From UHGV virus genome UHGV-0314203: a stretch of DNA of 32,844 bases; one strand, written 5' to 3'. The stretch's first letter is position 1. Every line of letters begins with the position of its first letter. The position numbers and the translations under genes were made by a program. The notes beneath the pieces were generated by a model. The model was not told where the DNA came from. It ran no database searches and worked only from the letters and a program-made list of their open reading frames with translations. Below, one piece after another: positions 24,600 to 32,844 of the stretch. The DNA is from a virus.

Positions 24600-25197
24600 T
24601 CTGCTGCCACCGGGTTCAACACCACTGGAGCGCCGACTGGCGCAAACCTGCAGCGGGATTTCTGATTTGCAGGTGCCGCTGCGTGACTTGTGGAATCCGA
24701 CTACCTGCCCGGTCAGTTTCCTGCCTTATCTCGCCTGGGCGTTCTCTGTGGATCGCTGGGACGAAGGCTGGACAGAAAGCGTCAAGCGCCAGGTGGTGAA
24801 GGATGCTTTTTATATTCATCAGCATAAAGGGACCACCAGTGCCGTGCGGCGGGTGGTGGAGCCGTTCGGCTTTCTGATCCGCATTATTGAGTGGTGGCAG
24901 ACCGGAGAGGCACCGGGCACGTTTCGTCTGGATATCGGCGTGCAGGACCAGGGCATCACTGAAGATACCTATCTGGAACTTGAGCGACTGATAAGCGATG
25001 CCAAACCATGTAGCCGCCACATGATCGGCATGTCCATCAATCTGCAGACCAGCGGCCCGCATTGGGTGGGAGCCGCCAGCTATCTTGGCGAAGAAATCAC
25101 GATCTATCCGTATATCAACGAAACAATTATTTCCGGCGGCACCGCGCATGAAGGCGGGGCGGTCCATGTTATTGACACAATGAGAGTGAATCCATGA
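24592..25197 (+). CDS. I: baseplate protein (P2 gpI-like)
   Basis: 201 aa, overlapping starts and stops on both sides. Confidence 0.8.
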   Translation: MNSLLPPGSTPLERRLAQTCSGISDLQVPLRDLWNPTTCPVSFLPYLAWAFSVDRWDEGWTESVKRQVVKDAFYIHQHKGTTSAVRRVVEPFGFLIRIIEWWQTGEAPGTFRLDIGVQDQGITEDTYLELERLISDAKPCSRHMIGMSINLQTSGPHWVGAASYLGEEITIYPYINETIISGGTAHEGGAVHVIDTMRVNP

Positions 25198-26945
25198 GCA
25201 CAAAATTTTATACCCTGCTGACGGATATTGGCGCGGCGAAACTTGCCAGCGCCGCCGCGCTTGGTGTGCCGCTAAAAATTACCCATATGGCGGTGGGCGA
25301 TGGCGGCGGAGTATTGCCAACGCCGGACGCAAAGCAGACGGCACTGGTAAATGAGAAACGCCGGGCTGCGCTGAATATGCTCTATATCGACCAGCAAAAC
25401 AGCAGCCAGATTATTGCTGAACAGGTGATCCCTGAAAACGAGGGCGGTTGGTGGATACGTGAAGTGGGCCTGTTTGATGAATCCGGGGCACTAATTGCCG
25501 TGGGCAACTGCCCGGAAAGCTATAAGCCGCAACTGGCTGAAGGCAGCGGGCGCACCCAGACCGTGCGCATGGTGCTGATTACCAGCAGTACGGACAATAT
25601 CACCCTGAAAATTGACCCTGCCGTAGTGCTGGCAACCCGCAAGTATGTGGATGACAAAATATCAGAGCACGAACAGTCACGACGTCACCCGGACGCCTCG
25701 CTGACCGCAAAAGGTTTTACTCAGTTAAGCAGTGCGACCAACAGTGAATCCGAAATACTGGCCGCAACACCGAAGGCTGTAAAGGCTGCATATGATCTTG
25801 CAGCAGGTAAAGCATCCGCCAGTCACACACACCCGTGGAATCAGATAACAGGTGTACCTGCAGCCTCGCTGACGGTAAAAGGCACTGTGCAACTCAGCAG
25901 CGCCACTAACAGCACATCAGAAACGCAGGCTGCCACTCCAAAGGCAGTGAAGGCGGCATATGACCTTGCAGCAGGTAAGGCACCTGTCAGTCACACACAC
26001 CCGTGGAATCAGATAACGGATGTGCCTGCAGCTTCACTGACGGTAAAAGGCACCGTGCAACTCAGCAGCGCCACTAACAGCACGTCAGAAACGCAGGCTG
26101 CCACACCAAAAGCCGTGAAGGCTGTATATGACCTTGCCAATGGAAAACAACCTGCCGACGCCACACTGACCGCACTGGCAGGCCTTGCCACTGCGGCAGA
26201 CAAACTACCGTATTTTACGGGGAATGATACAGCCAGCCTGACAACCCTGACTAACGTTGGACGGAATATTCTGGATAAAGCAAGCACACAGGCGGTTATT
26301 CAATATCTTGGTCTGAGCGATGCAAGTGGATACGTTGGACGCTGGCTGAATACCCGGGTTTTCACCTCATCAGGTACGTACACCCCGACGCCAGGAACAA
26401 AACGGATTAGGGTCACAATAACGGGCGGCGGTGGCGGAGGGGGCGGCTGCAAGGCTATATCCAATAATGAAACGTTTTTCGGTGCTGGCGGTGGGGCCGG
26501 TGGAACAATAATTTCAATAATGACCCCGACACAGAATAGTTATCCAGTCACTATCGGCGCAGGTGGGGCTGGTGGTGTTAGTGCGACGAACGGCACCAGT
26601 GGCGGGAATAGCGTATTCGCATCGTTAATTGCTCCTGGTGGCGCAGGTGGCGGGAAAGTGGGAGTTACAAACACAAACGGCGGTAACGGAGGTGTGCCGA
26701 GTACTGGCGATATCCGCATCACTGGTGGAAATGGAGGCGACGGTCAGTCCGGAAATATCGGCGTCAGCGGTGAAGGCGGAACATCGCACTGGGGCGGCGG
26801 TGGACGCGCAGGCGCTGGCGGTGGTGTTAGTGGTAAGGCATATGGTTCAGGTGGCGGTGGCGCATACGATGCCGGTTATAGCGGAACCAGTATGACAGGC
26901 GGGAAAGGTGCCGCTGGGATTTGTATTATCGAGGAGTTTGCATAA
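25194..26945 (+). CDS. H: tail fiber protein (P2 gpH-like) with internal tandem repeats and a glycine-rich C-terminal domain
   Basis: 583 aa; conserved gpH-type N-terminus (MSTKFYTLLTDIGAAKLA…); about 57-aa repeats in the middle; C-terminal G-rich region. Confidence 0.85.
   Translation: MSTKFYTLLTDIGAAKLASAAALGVPLKITHMAVGDGGGVLPTPDAKQTALVNEKRRAALNMLYIDQQNSSQIIAEQVIPENEGGWWIREVGLFDESGALIAVGNCPESYKPQLAEGSGRTQTVRMVLITSSTDNITLKIDPAVVLATRKYVDDKISEHEQSRRHPDASLTAKGFTQLSSATNSESEILAATPKAVKAAYDLAAGKASASHTHPWNQITGVPAASLTVKGTVQLSSATNSTSETQAATPKAVKAAYDLAAGKAPVSHTHPWNQITDVPAASLTVKGTVQLSSATNSTSETQAATPKAVKAVYDLANGKQPADATLTALAGLATAADKLPYFTGNDTASLTTLTNVGRNILDKASTQAVIQYLGLSDASGYVGRWLNTRVFTSSGTYTPTPGTKRIRVTITGGGGGGGGCKAISNNETFFGAGGGAGGTIISIMTPTQNSYPVTIGAGGAGGVSATNGTSGGNSVFASLIAPGGAGGGKVGVTNTNGGNGGVPSTGDIRITGGNGGDGQSGNIGVSGEGGTSHWGGGGRAGAGGGVSGKAYGSGGGGAYDAGYSGTSMTGGKGAAGICIIEEFA
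25700..26160 (+). repeat. about 2.7 tandem copies of an approximately 171-bp (57-aa) repeat inside the tail fiber gene
   Basis: Protein-level repeat SLTVKGTVQLSSATNSTSETQAATPKAVKA[AV]YDLA[AN]GKA…SHTHPWNQIT[GD]VPAA read directly; boundaries approximate. Confidence 0.6.
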
Positions 26946-27358
26946 TGAATGCGTCATATGCAGTTATTGAAAATGGGATGGTTGTGAATGTCATTGTCTG
27001 GGATGGCGAGGCTGAATTCACAGTGCCGGATAATCAGCAGCTCATTAATATTTCTGATATCAGTGAGCAGCCCGGAATCGGCTGGGTTTATTCAGACGGG
27101 GGGTTTACTGCACCACCCACTCAGGAACGTTCTCATGATGAACTGGTAGCTGACGCTGAACAGAAAAAACAGTCGCTGTTAGACGCAGCAATGGCCAATA
27201 TCAGCGTGATTCAGTTAAAGCTGCAGGCCGGGCGCAAACTGACGCAAGAGGAAACTACCCGACTTAACGTTGTGCTGGATTATATCGAGGCTGTGACGGC
27301 AACAGATACCAGCACCGCACCTGATATTATTTGGCCTGTTTTCCCTGCAAGCAGATAA
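26945..27358 (+). CDS. G: tail fiber assembly chaperone (P2 gpG / Tfa-like)
   Basis: 137 aa from ATG 26945 (TAATG overlap with the H stop); N-terminus MNASYAVIENGMVVNVIVWDG typical of Tfa proteins. Confidence 0.8.
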   Translation: MNASYAVIENGMVVNVIVWDGEAEFTVPDNQQLINISDISEQPGIGWVYSDGGFTAPPTQERSHDELVADAEQKKQSLLDAAMANISVIQLKLQAGRKLTQEETTRLNVVLDYIEAVTATDTSTAPDIIWPVFPASR

Positions 27359-27370
27359 ATACCGTCATTT

Positions 27371-27388
27371 TGTGTGAATAACGGTACA
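27371..27388 (+). promoter_or_regulatory. Ogr/Delta-type late-promoter site TGT-N12-ACA (tgtgtgaataacggtaca) upstream of FI
   Basis: Exact motif spacing in the G-FI intergenic region, at the position of the P2 F promoter. Confidence 0.5.
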
Positions 27389-27464
27389 ACTGCGCTTAGC
27401 TGCTTGTCAGACACAATCACTTCAACATAGGGCGAAGCCTAATCCAATCAGGAGGTTCGCCACT

Positions 27465-28637
27465 ATGGCTCAGGATTACCACCACGGAGTGCGCGTTGTT
27501 GAAGTCAACGAAGGCACTCGATCCATTACCACGGTGAGCACCGCCATCGTGGGCATGGTCTGCACGGGCGATGATGCCGATGCAAAAATGTTCCCTCTTA
27601 ATAAACCCGTGCTGATCACTGATGTGCTTACTGCCAGCGGTAAGGCGGGTGAATCCGGTACGCTGGCCCGCTCGCTGGATGCCATCGCTGACCAGGCAAA
27701 ACCCGTGACCGTTGTTGTGCGTGTGCCGCAGGGTGAAACGGAAGAAGAAACCACGACCAATATCATCGGCGCAGTGACTGCTGAAGGTAAAAAAACTGGT
27801 ATGAAAGCCCTGTTATCTGCCCAGTCACAGCTCGGTGTTAAACCGCGCATCCTCGGCGTGCCGGGGCACGATAATAAAGCCGTTGCTACTGAGTTGCTGG
27901 GCGTGGCGCAAAGCCTGCGTGGGTTTGCTTACCTGTCAGCGTATGGTTGCAAGACGGTGCAGGAAGCAATCACTTACCGTAAAAACTTCAGCCAGCGTGA
28001 AGGGATGCTGATCTGGCCCGACTTTACTGGCTGGGACACGGTGCTGAATGCCGAAGCAACGGCATATGCCACCGCCCGTGCGCTTGGTCTGCGCGCCAAA
28101 ATTGATGAGCAGACCGGATGGCACAAAAGCCTGTCCAACGTGGGCGTGAACGGTGTCACCGGAATTTCTGCTGATGTGTTCTGGGATCTGCAGGACCCGG
28201 CAACAGATGCGGGACTGCTGAACCAGAACGACGTCACCACGCTTGTGCGCAAGGACGGTTTCCGCTTCTGGGGTTCCCGCTGTCTGAGTGATGACCCGCT
28301 CTTTGCCTTCGAAAACTACACCCGCACAGCGCAGGTACTGATGGACACAATGGCAGAAGCGCACATGTGGGCGGTGGACAAACCGCTGAACCCGTCGCTG
28401 GCGCGCGACATTATCGAAGGTATCCGCGCCAAAATGCGCAGCCTGGTCAGTCAGGGCTATCTCATTGGTGGTGATTGCTGGCTGGATGAGTCGGTGAACG
28501 ATAAAGACACGCTGAAAGCCGGAAAACTCACCATCGATTACGACTACACGCCAGTACCGCCACTTGAAAACCTGATGCTGCGTCAGCGCATCACCGATCA
28601 GTACCTGGTGAATTTCGCCAGCCAGGTCAGCGCGTAA
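27465..28637 (+). CDS. FI: contractile tail sheath protein (P2 gpFI-like)
   Basis: 390 aa, size and order as P2 FI; AGGAGG upstream. Confidence 0.85.
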   Translation: MAQDYHHGVRVVEVNEGTRSITTVSTAIVGMVCTGDDADAKMFPLNKPVLITDVLTASGKAGESGTLARSLDAIADQAKPVTVVVRVPQGETEEETTTNIIGAVTAEGKKTGMKALLSAQSQLGVKPRILGVPGHDNKAVATELLGVAQSLRGFAYLSAYGCKTVQEAITYRKNFSQREGMLIWPDFTGWDTVLNAEATAYATARALGLRAKIDEQTGWHKSLSNVGVNGVTGISADVFWDLQDPATDAGLLNQNDVTTLVRKDGFRFWGSRCLSDDPLFAFENYTRTAQVLMDTMAEAHMWAVDKPLNPSLARDIIEGIRAKMRSLVSQGYLIGGDCWLDESVNDKDTLKAGKLTIDYDYTPVPPLENLMLRQRITDQYLVNFASQVSA

Positions 28638-28646
28638 GGGGACAAC

Positions 28647-29162
28647 ATGGCTTTACCACGCAAATTAAAACATCTGAACCTGTTTAACGACGGGAACAAC
28701 TGGCAGGGGATCGTAGAGTCGCTGACGCTGCCGAAATTCACCCGCAAATATGAGAAGTATCGCGGCGGCGGAATGCCTGGTGCAGTTGATGTGGATCTGG
28801 GGCTTGATGACAGTGCGCTGGACACAGAATTTTCCATTGGTGGTACTGAACTGCTGCTGTTTAAGCAGATGGGTAAAGCCACGGTGGATGGCATCCAGTT
28901 GCGCTTTACCGGCTCTATCCAGCGTGACGATACCGGAGAAGTGCAGGCCGTGGAGCTTGTGGTGCGTGGACGTCACAAAGAAGTGGATTCCGGCGAGTGG
29001 AAGACGGGCGAAAGCAACACCACCAAAGTGACCAGTACCAACAGCTACGCGAAGCTGACCATCAATGGTGAGGTGCTCTATGAAGTGGACCTTATCAACA
29101 TGGTGGAAATTGTGGACGGTATGGACCTGATGGAAGCGCACCGCAACGCCCTCGGCCTCTGA
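28647..29162 (+). CDS. FII: tail tube protein (P2 gpFII-like)
   Basis: 171 aa, follows the sheath gene. Confidence 0.85.
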   Translation: MALPRKLKHLNLFNDGNNWQGIVESLTLPKFTRKYEKYRGGGMPGAVDVDLGLDDSALDTEFSIGGTELLLFKQMGKATVDGIQLRFTGSIQRDDTGEVQAVELVVRGRHKEVDSGEWKTGESNTTKVTSTNSYAKLTINGEVLYEVDLINMVEIVDGMDLMEAHRNALGL

Positions 29163-29216
29163 TATATCTGAACGGCGCGGGATACCGCGCCAGAACCCAA
29201 TTTACAGGACAGCAAA

Positions 29217-29519
29217 ATGAGCGATAAGCAGACTGAAAAGACTATTCAACTGGATACCCCCATCAAGCGCGGTAAAACAGAAATCACCGAAATTGTGCTG
29301 CGTAAACCGCAGTCCGGTGCGCTGCGCGGTACACGCCTGCAGGCCATTATGGATATGGATGTGAACGCGATGATAACCGTGATCCCCCGCATCTCCAGTC
29401 CGGCACTGACTTCACAGGAAATTGCAGAGATGGACCCGGCAGATCTCACTGCCATGTCGGTTGAGATTGTCACTTTTTTGTTGAAGAAGTCGGTGCTTGC
29501 CGGTTTACCGACAGCCTGA
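29217..29519 (+). CDS. E: tail assembly chaperone (P2 gpE-like), zero-frame product
   Basis: 100 aa; immediately upstream of the tape-measure gene; contains the slippery site near its 3' end. Confidence 0.75.
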   Translation: MSDKQTEKTIQLDTPIKRGKTEITEIVLRKPQSGALRGTRLQAIMDMDVNAMITVIPRISSPALTSQEIAEMDPADLTAMSVEIVTFLLKKSVLAGLPTA

Positions 29520-29653
29520 CGGTTGACGATCTGGTGGCAGATATCGCCACCATTTTTCACTGGCCGCCATCCGTTACTGACGTTATGCCGCTGACCGAAG
29601 TGCTGGAATGGCGGTATAAAGCGATTCAGAGAAGTGGGGCCAGCCATGAGTGA
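29474..29653 (+). other. programmed -1 frameshift site TTTTTTG (29474-29480) and the E' extension in the -1 frame, ending at TGA 29651-29653
   Basis: T6G heptamer read in sequence; the -1 frame is open from the slip site to a TGA overlapping the T start, giving an E+E' product of about 145 aa. Confidence 0.6.
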
Positions 29654-32600
29654 CAATAACTTGCGTCTGCAGGTCATTCTTAATGCGGTTGACAAGCTCA
29701 CCCGCCCATTTCGATCTGCGCAGGCCAGTTCAAGAGAACTGGCTGCTGCTGTCAAAAAATCCCGCGATGCAATAAAGCAGCTTGATCAGGCCGGGAGCAG
29801 TCTGGACAGCTTCCGAAAGCTGCAGGCAGAAAATCAGAAATTAGGCGACAGGCTGAGCTATGCCCGCCAGCGTGCAAATTTGCTCAGTCAGGAACTGGGA
29901 GCGATGGGGCCGCCTTCGCAACGTCAGGTTGTTGCTCTGGGCCGTCAACGGCTGGCTGTTCAGCGCCTGGAAGAACGCCAGAAAAAGCTGCAGCAGCAGA
30001 CGGCGCTTGTGCGTGCAGAACTTTATCGTGCTGGTATTTCAGCTAATGATGGTGCCAGTGCGACGGCCCGCATTACCCGTGAAACGATGCGTTATAACAG
30101 GCAGCTTTCTGAGCAGGAAGCGAGGTTACGACGTGTCGGGGAGCAACAGCGAAAAATGCACGCCGCCCGAGGGGCTTACGCCAGGCGTCTTGAAGTAAGG
30201 GATCGGATTGCAGGTGCCGGAGCCACCACCACGGCTGCAGGGCTGGCAATGGGCGCACCAGTGATGGCGGCAGTAAAAAGCTATACCAGCATGGAAGATG
30301 CCATGAAAGGTGTGGCAAAGCAGGTCAATGGTCTGCGTGACGATAATGGCAACCGCACTGCACGTTTTTATGAAATGCAGGATGCCATCAAGGCTGCCAG
30401 CGAACAATTGCCGATGGAAAACGGTGCGGTGGATTTCGCTGCACTGGTTGAAGGTGGTGCGCGCATGAACGTCGCAAACCCTGACGACAGCTGGGAAGAC
30501 CAGAAACGTGACCTGCTGGCCTTCGCCAGTACGGCAGCAAAGGCGGCAACAGCCTTTGAGCTGCCAGCGGATGAACTGTCAGAAAGTCTGGGGAAAATCG
30601 CCCAGCTCTACAAAATCCCTACCCGCAATATTGAACAGCTCGGTGATGCGCTGAACTATCTGGATGATAACGCCATGTCGAAAGGGGCAGACATCATTGA
30701 TGTCATGCAACGCCTGGGCAGTGTGGCTGATCGTCTGGATTATCGTAAAGCGGCGGCGCTGGGTTCCACCTTCCTGACACTGGGTGCTGCGCCAGAGGTT
30801 GCAGCCAGTGCAGCAAACGCGATGGTGCGTGAATTGTCCATTGCCACCATGCAAAGCAAGAGTTTCTTTGAAGGGATGAATCTGCTGAAACTCAATCCTG
30901 AAGTGATTGAAAAGCAGATGACGAAGGATGCGATGGGAACTATCCAGCGTGTGCTGGAGAAGGTGAACGCACTGCCGCAGGACAAGCGTCTGTCTGCCAT
31001 GACCATGTTGTTTGGTAAAGAGTTTGGTGATGACGCGGCGAAACTGGCAAACAACCTTCCGGAACTGCAGCGCCAGCTAAAACTGACAGCGGGCAATGAT
31101 GCGCTCGGTTCCATGCAGAAAGAATCCGACATCAACAAAGACTCACTTTCTGCTCAGTGGTTGCTGGTCAAAACCGGAGCGCAGAACACCTTCAGCAGCC
31201 TGGGCGAAACGCTGCGCCAACCGCTGATGGATATTCTGTACACGGTGAAAAGCATCACGGGGGCGTTGCGCCGCTGGGTGGAAGCTAACCCGGAACTGAC
31301 AGGCACACTGATGAAAGCAGCGGCTGTTGTGGCTGCGGTTACTGTCGGCCTCGGCACCTTAGCGGTGGCGCTGGCTGCAGTGCTGGGGCCGCTGGCAGTG
31401 ATCCGTCTGGGATTCTCTGTGCTGGGTATCAAAACGTTACCTTCCGTTACGGCAGCAGTAACTCGAACCAGCAGCGCGTTGTCCTGGTTAGCTGGCGCAC
31501 CACTGATACTGCTGCGACGCGGGCTTGCTTCATCGGGCAACGCTGCGGGTTTACTTACTGCACCGTTGTCATCTTTGCGCCGCACGGCATCACTGACGGG
31601 AAATGTCATGAAAACTGTAGCAGGTGCGCCGGTTGCACTTTTGCGGTCTGGATTATCCGGTTTACGTGCTGTTGCTGTGATGTTTATGAATCCTCTGGCG
31701 GTACTGCGCGGTGGACTGGTCGCCGCAGGCACGGTGCTGCGAGTACTGGCATCTGGTCCACTGGCGATGCTGCGCGTTGCCCTGTATGCCGTATCTGGTC
31801 TGTTAGGTGCTCTGCTCAGTCCGATAGGTCTTGTGGTTACTGCACTGGCGGGCGTGGCGCTGGTTGTCTGGAAATACTGGCAACCCATCACCGCATTTCT
31901 TGGTGGCGTGGTGGAAGGATTCAAAGCGGCGGCAGGTCCCGTCAGTGCAGCATTCGAACCACTTAAGCCTGTGTTTCAGTGGATTGGCGACAAAGTGCAG
32001 GCGCTCTGGGGCTGGTTTACTGATCTGCTGACGCCCGTTAAGTCGACCTCTGCCGAACTGCAGAGCGCAGCGGCAATGGGGCGACGATTCGGGGAGGCAC
32101 TGGCGGAAGGGCTGAATATGGTCATGCATCCGCTGGACTCCCTGAAATCCGGCGTTTCCTGGTTGCTGGAGAAGCTCGGCATTGTCAGTAAAGAGGCCGC
32201 AAAGGCAAAACTGCCGGAAAGCGTGACGCGTCAGCAAACTGCGACGGTGAATGCAGACGGTAAAGTGATGATGCCATCGGGTGGTTTTCCGTCATGGGGA
32301 TATGGCTTTGCGGGGATGTATGACAGCGGCGGCTATATCCCGCGTGGGCAGTTTGGCATCGTCGGTGAAAACGGGCCGGAAATTGTTAACGGCCCGGCAA
32401 ATGTGACCAGCCGGAGAAATACAGCTGCACTGGCTGCCGTTGTTGCCGGAATGATGGGCGTTGCTGCCGCGCCAGCAGAGCTTCCACCGTTGCACCCTTT
32501 GGCACTTCCCGCGAAAGGTGGAGAAGCAATTGTGAGTCGCGCAGCCACTGTGCCGCTCGTTCAACGGATTGAGGCACCGACGCAGATCATCATTCAGACG

Positions 32601-32844
32601 CAGCCAGGACAAAGTGCGCAGGATATTGCGCGGGAGGTGGCACGCCAGCTTGATGAACGTGAACGCAGGCTGAAGGCAAAAGCCAGGAGTAACTACAGCG
32701 ATCAGGGGGATACGACGCATGATGATGGTGCTGGGATTGTACGTGTTTATGCTGCGCACCGTTCCGTATCAGGAACTGCAGTATCAACGCAGCTGGCGAC
32801 ATGCGGCAAACAGCCGGGTAAACCGTCGTCCGTCCACGCAGTTT
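29646..32844 (+). CDS. T: tail tape measure protein (P2 gpT-like), 3' end beyond the window or frameshifted
   Basis: ATG 29646 overlapping the E' stop; my manual translation found no in-frame stop to the window edge (hence absent from the ORF track); Ala/Leu-rich helical sequence with hydrophobic segments; only antisense ORFs in the track across this span. Confidence 0.75.
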   Translation, partial: MSDNNLRLQVILNAVDKLTRPFRSAQASSRELAAAVKKSRDAIKQLDQAGSSLDSFRKLQAENQKLGDRLSYARQRANLLSQELGAMGPPSQRQVVALGRQRLAVQRLEERQKKLQQQTALVRAELYRAGISANDGASATARITRETMRYNRQLSEQEARLRRVGEQQRKMHAARGAYARRLEVRDRIAGAGATTTAAGLAMGAPVMAAVKSYTSMEDAMKGVAKQVNGLRDDNGNRTARFYEMQDAIKAASEQLPMENGAVDFAALVEGGARMNVANPDDSWEDQKRDLLAFASTAAKAATAFELPADELSESLGKIAQLYKIPTRNIEQLGDALNYLDDNAMSKGADIIDVMQRLGSVADRLDYRKAAALGSTFLTLGAAPEVAASAANAMVRELSIATMQSKSFFEGMNLLKLNPEVIEKQMTKDAMGTIQRVLEKVNALPQDKRLSAMTMLFGKEFGDDAAKLANNLPELQRQLKLTAGNDALGSMQKESDINKDSLSAQWLLVKTGAQNTFSSLGETLRQPLMDILYTVKSITGALRRWVEANPELTGTLMKAAAVVAAVTVGLGTLAVALAAVLGPLAVIRLGFSVLGIKTLPSVTAAVTRTSSALSWLAGAPLILLRRGLASSGNAAGLLTAPLSSLRRTASLTGNVMKTVAGAPVALLRSGLSGLRAVAVMFMNPLAVLRGGLVAAGTVLRVLASGPLAMLRVALYAVSGLLGALLSPIGLVVTALAGVALVVWKYWQPITAFLGGVVEGFKAAAGPVSAAFEPLKPVFQWIGDKVQALWGWFTDLLTPVKSTSAELQSAAAMGRRFGEALAEGLNMVMHPLDSLKSGVSWLLEKLGIVSKEAAKAKLPESVTRQQTATVNADGKVMMPSGGFPSWGYGFAGMYDSGGYIPRGQFGIVGENGPEIVNGPANVTSRRNTAALAAVVAGMMGVAAAPAELPPLHPLALPAKGGEAIVSRAATVPLVQRIEAPTQIIIQTQPGQSAQDIAREVARQLDERERRLKAKARSNYSDQGDTTHDDGAGIVRVYAAHRSVSGTAVSTQLATCGKQPGKPSSVHAV
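32719..32844 (+). CDS. U: probable start of tail protein gpU-like gene (partial)
   Basis: ATG triplet at 32719-32727 opening MMMVLGLYVFMLRTVPYQELQYQRSWRHAANSRV…, which I recognise as the P2 gpU family N-terminus from memory; open to the window edge. Confidence 0.45.
   Translation, partial: MMMVLGLYVFMLRTVPYQELQYQRSWRHAANSRVNRRPSTQF

Noticed and set aside
26400-26900. Glycine-rich coding region considered as a simple-sequence repeat or a separate PE-PGRS-like gene
   Set aside because: It is in frame and continuous with the tail-fiber gene and ends at the stop that overlaps the Tfa start, so it is the fiber C-terminal domain.
31154-31924. 256-aa Pro/Ala/Thr/Ser-rich minus-strand ORF, and neighbours at 30740-31138, 31803-32237 and 32292-32759
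   Set aside because: All lie antisense to the tape-measure reading frame; low-complexity translation typical of the reverse strand of an Ala/Leu-rich gene.
1-32844. CRISPR arrays, tRNA/tmRNA genes, rRNA and IS/transposon ends
   Set aside because: No regularly spaced direct repeats, no tRNA-like conserved arms at the junction, and no transposase-like ORF or terminal inverted repeats found on reading both strands.

Overview
Almost the whole window is one P2/186-family temperate myovirus prophage in an enterobacterial-type chromosome, read from its integrase-side junction through to the tail tape-measure gene. Order: short host-flank gene end (1-126), AT-rich junction with direct repeats, P2-type tyrosine integrase (607-1638, -), 186-type CI repressor (3525-4406, -), a divergent early operon (Apl/Cox-like, CII-like, small ORFs, TraR/DksA zinc finger, Dam methylase, replication protein A), a LexA-box-controlled small ORF plus DinI-like gene, then the late region: Q and P (-), O N M L X, lysis genes, R S V W J I H G, FI FII, E/E' with a T6G slippery site, T and the start of U. 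Three TGT-N12-ACA Ogr-type late-promoter motifs sit where P2 has its late promoters. Two markedly AT-rich accessory cassettes (judged by eye, not computed) interrupt this backbone, and these are the main candidates for an undescribed system. Cassette A (1719-3444, -) lies between cI and int: a 400-aa protein with no motif I recognise, translationally coupled to a 4-TM membrane protein. Cassette B (10747-13894, +) lies between replication/cos and portal, where P2 carries tin/old: a four-gene operon ending in a 634-aa SMC/Rad50-like ABC ATPase with a coiled coil and paired CxxC motifs, preceded by three small unrecognised proteins. I found no tRNA, CRISPR array or IS element. All family assignments are from reading the translations and gene order; no database search was run.
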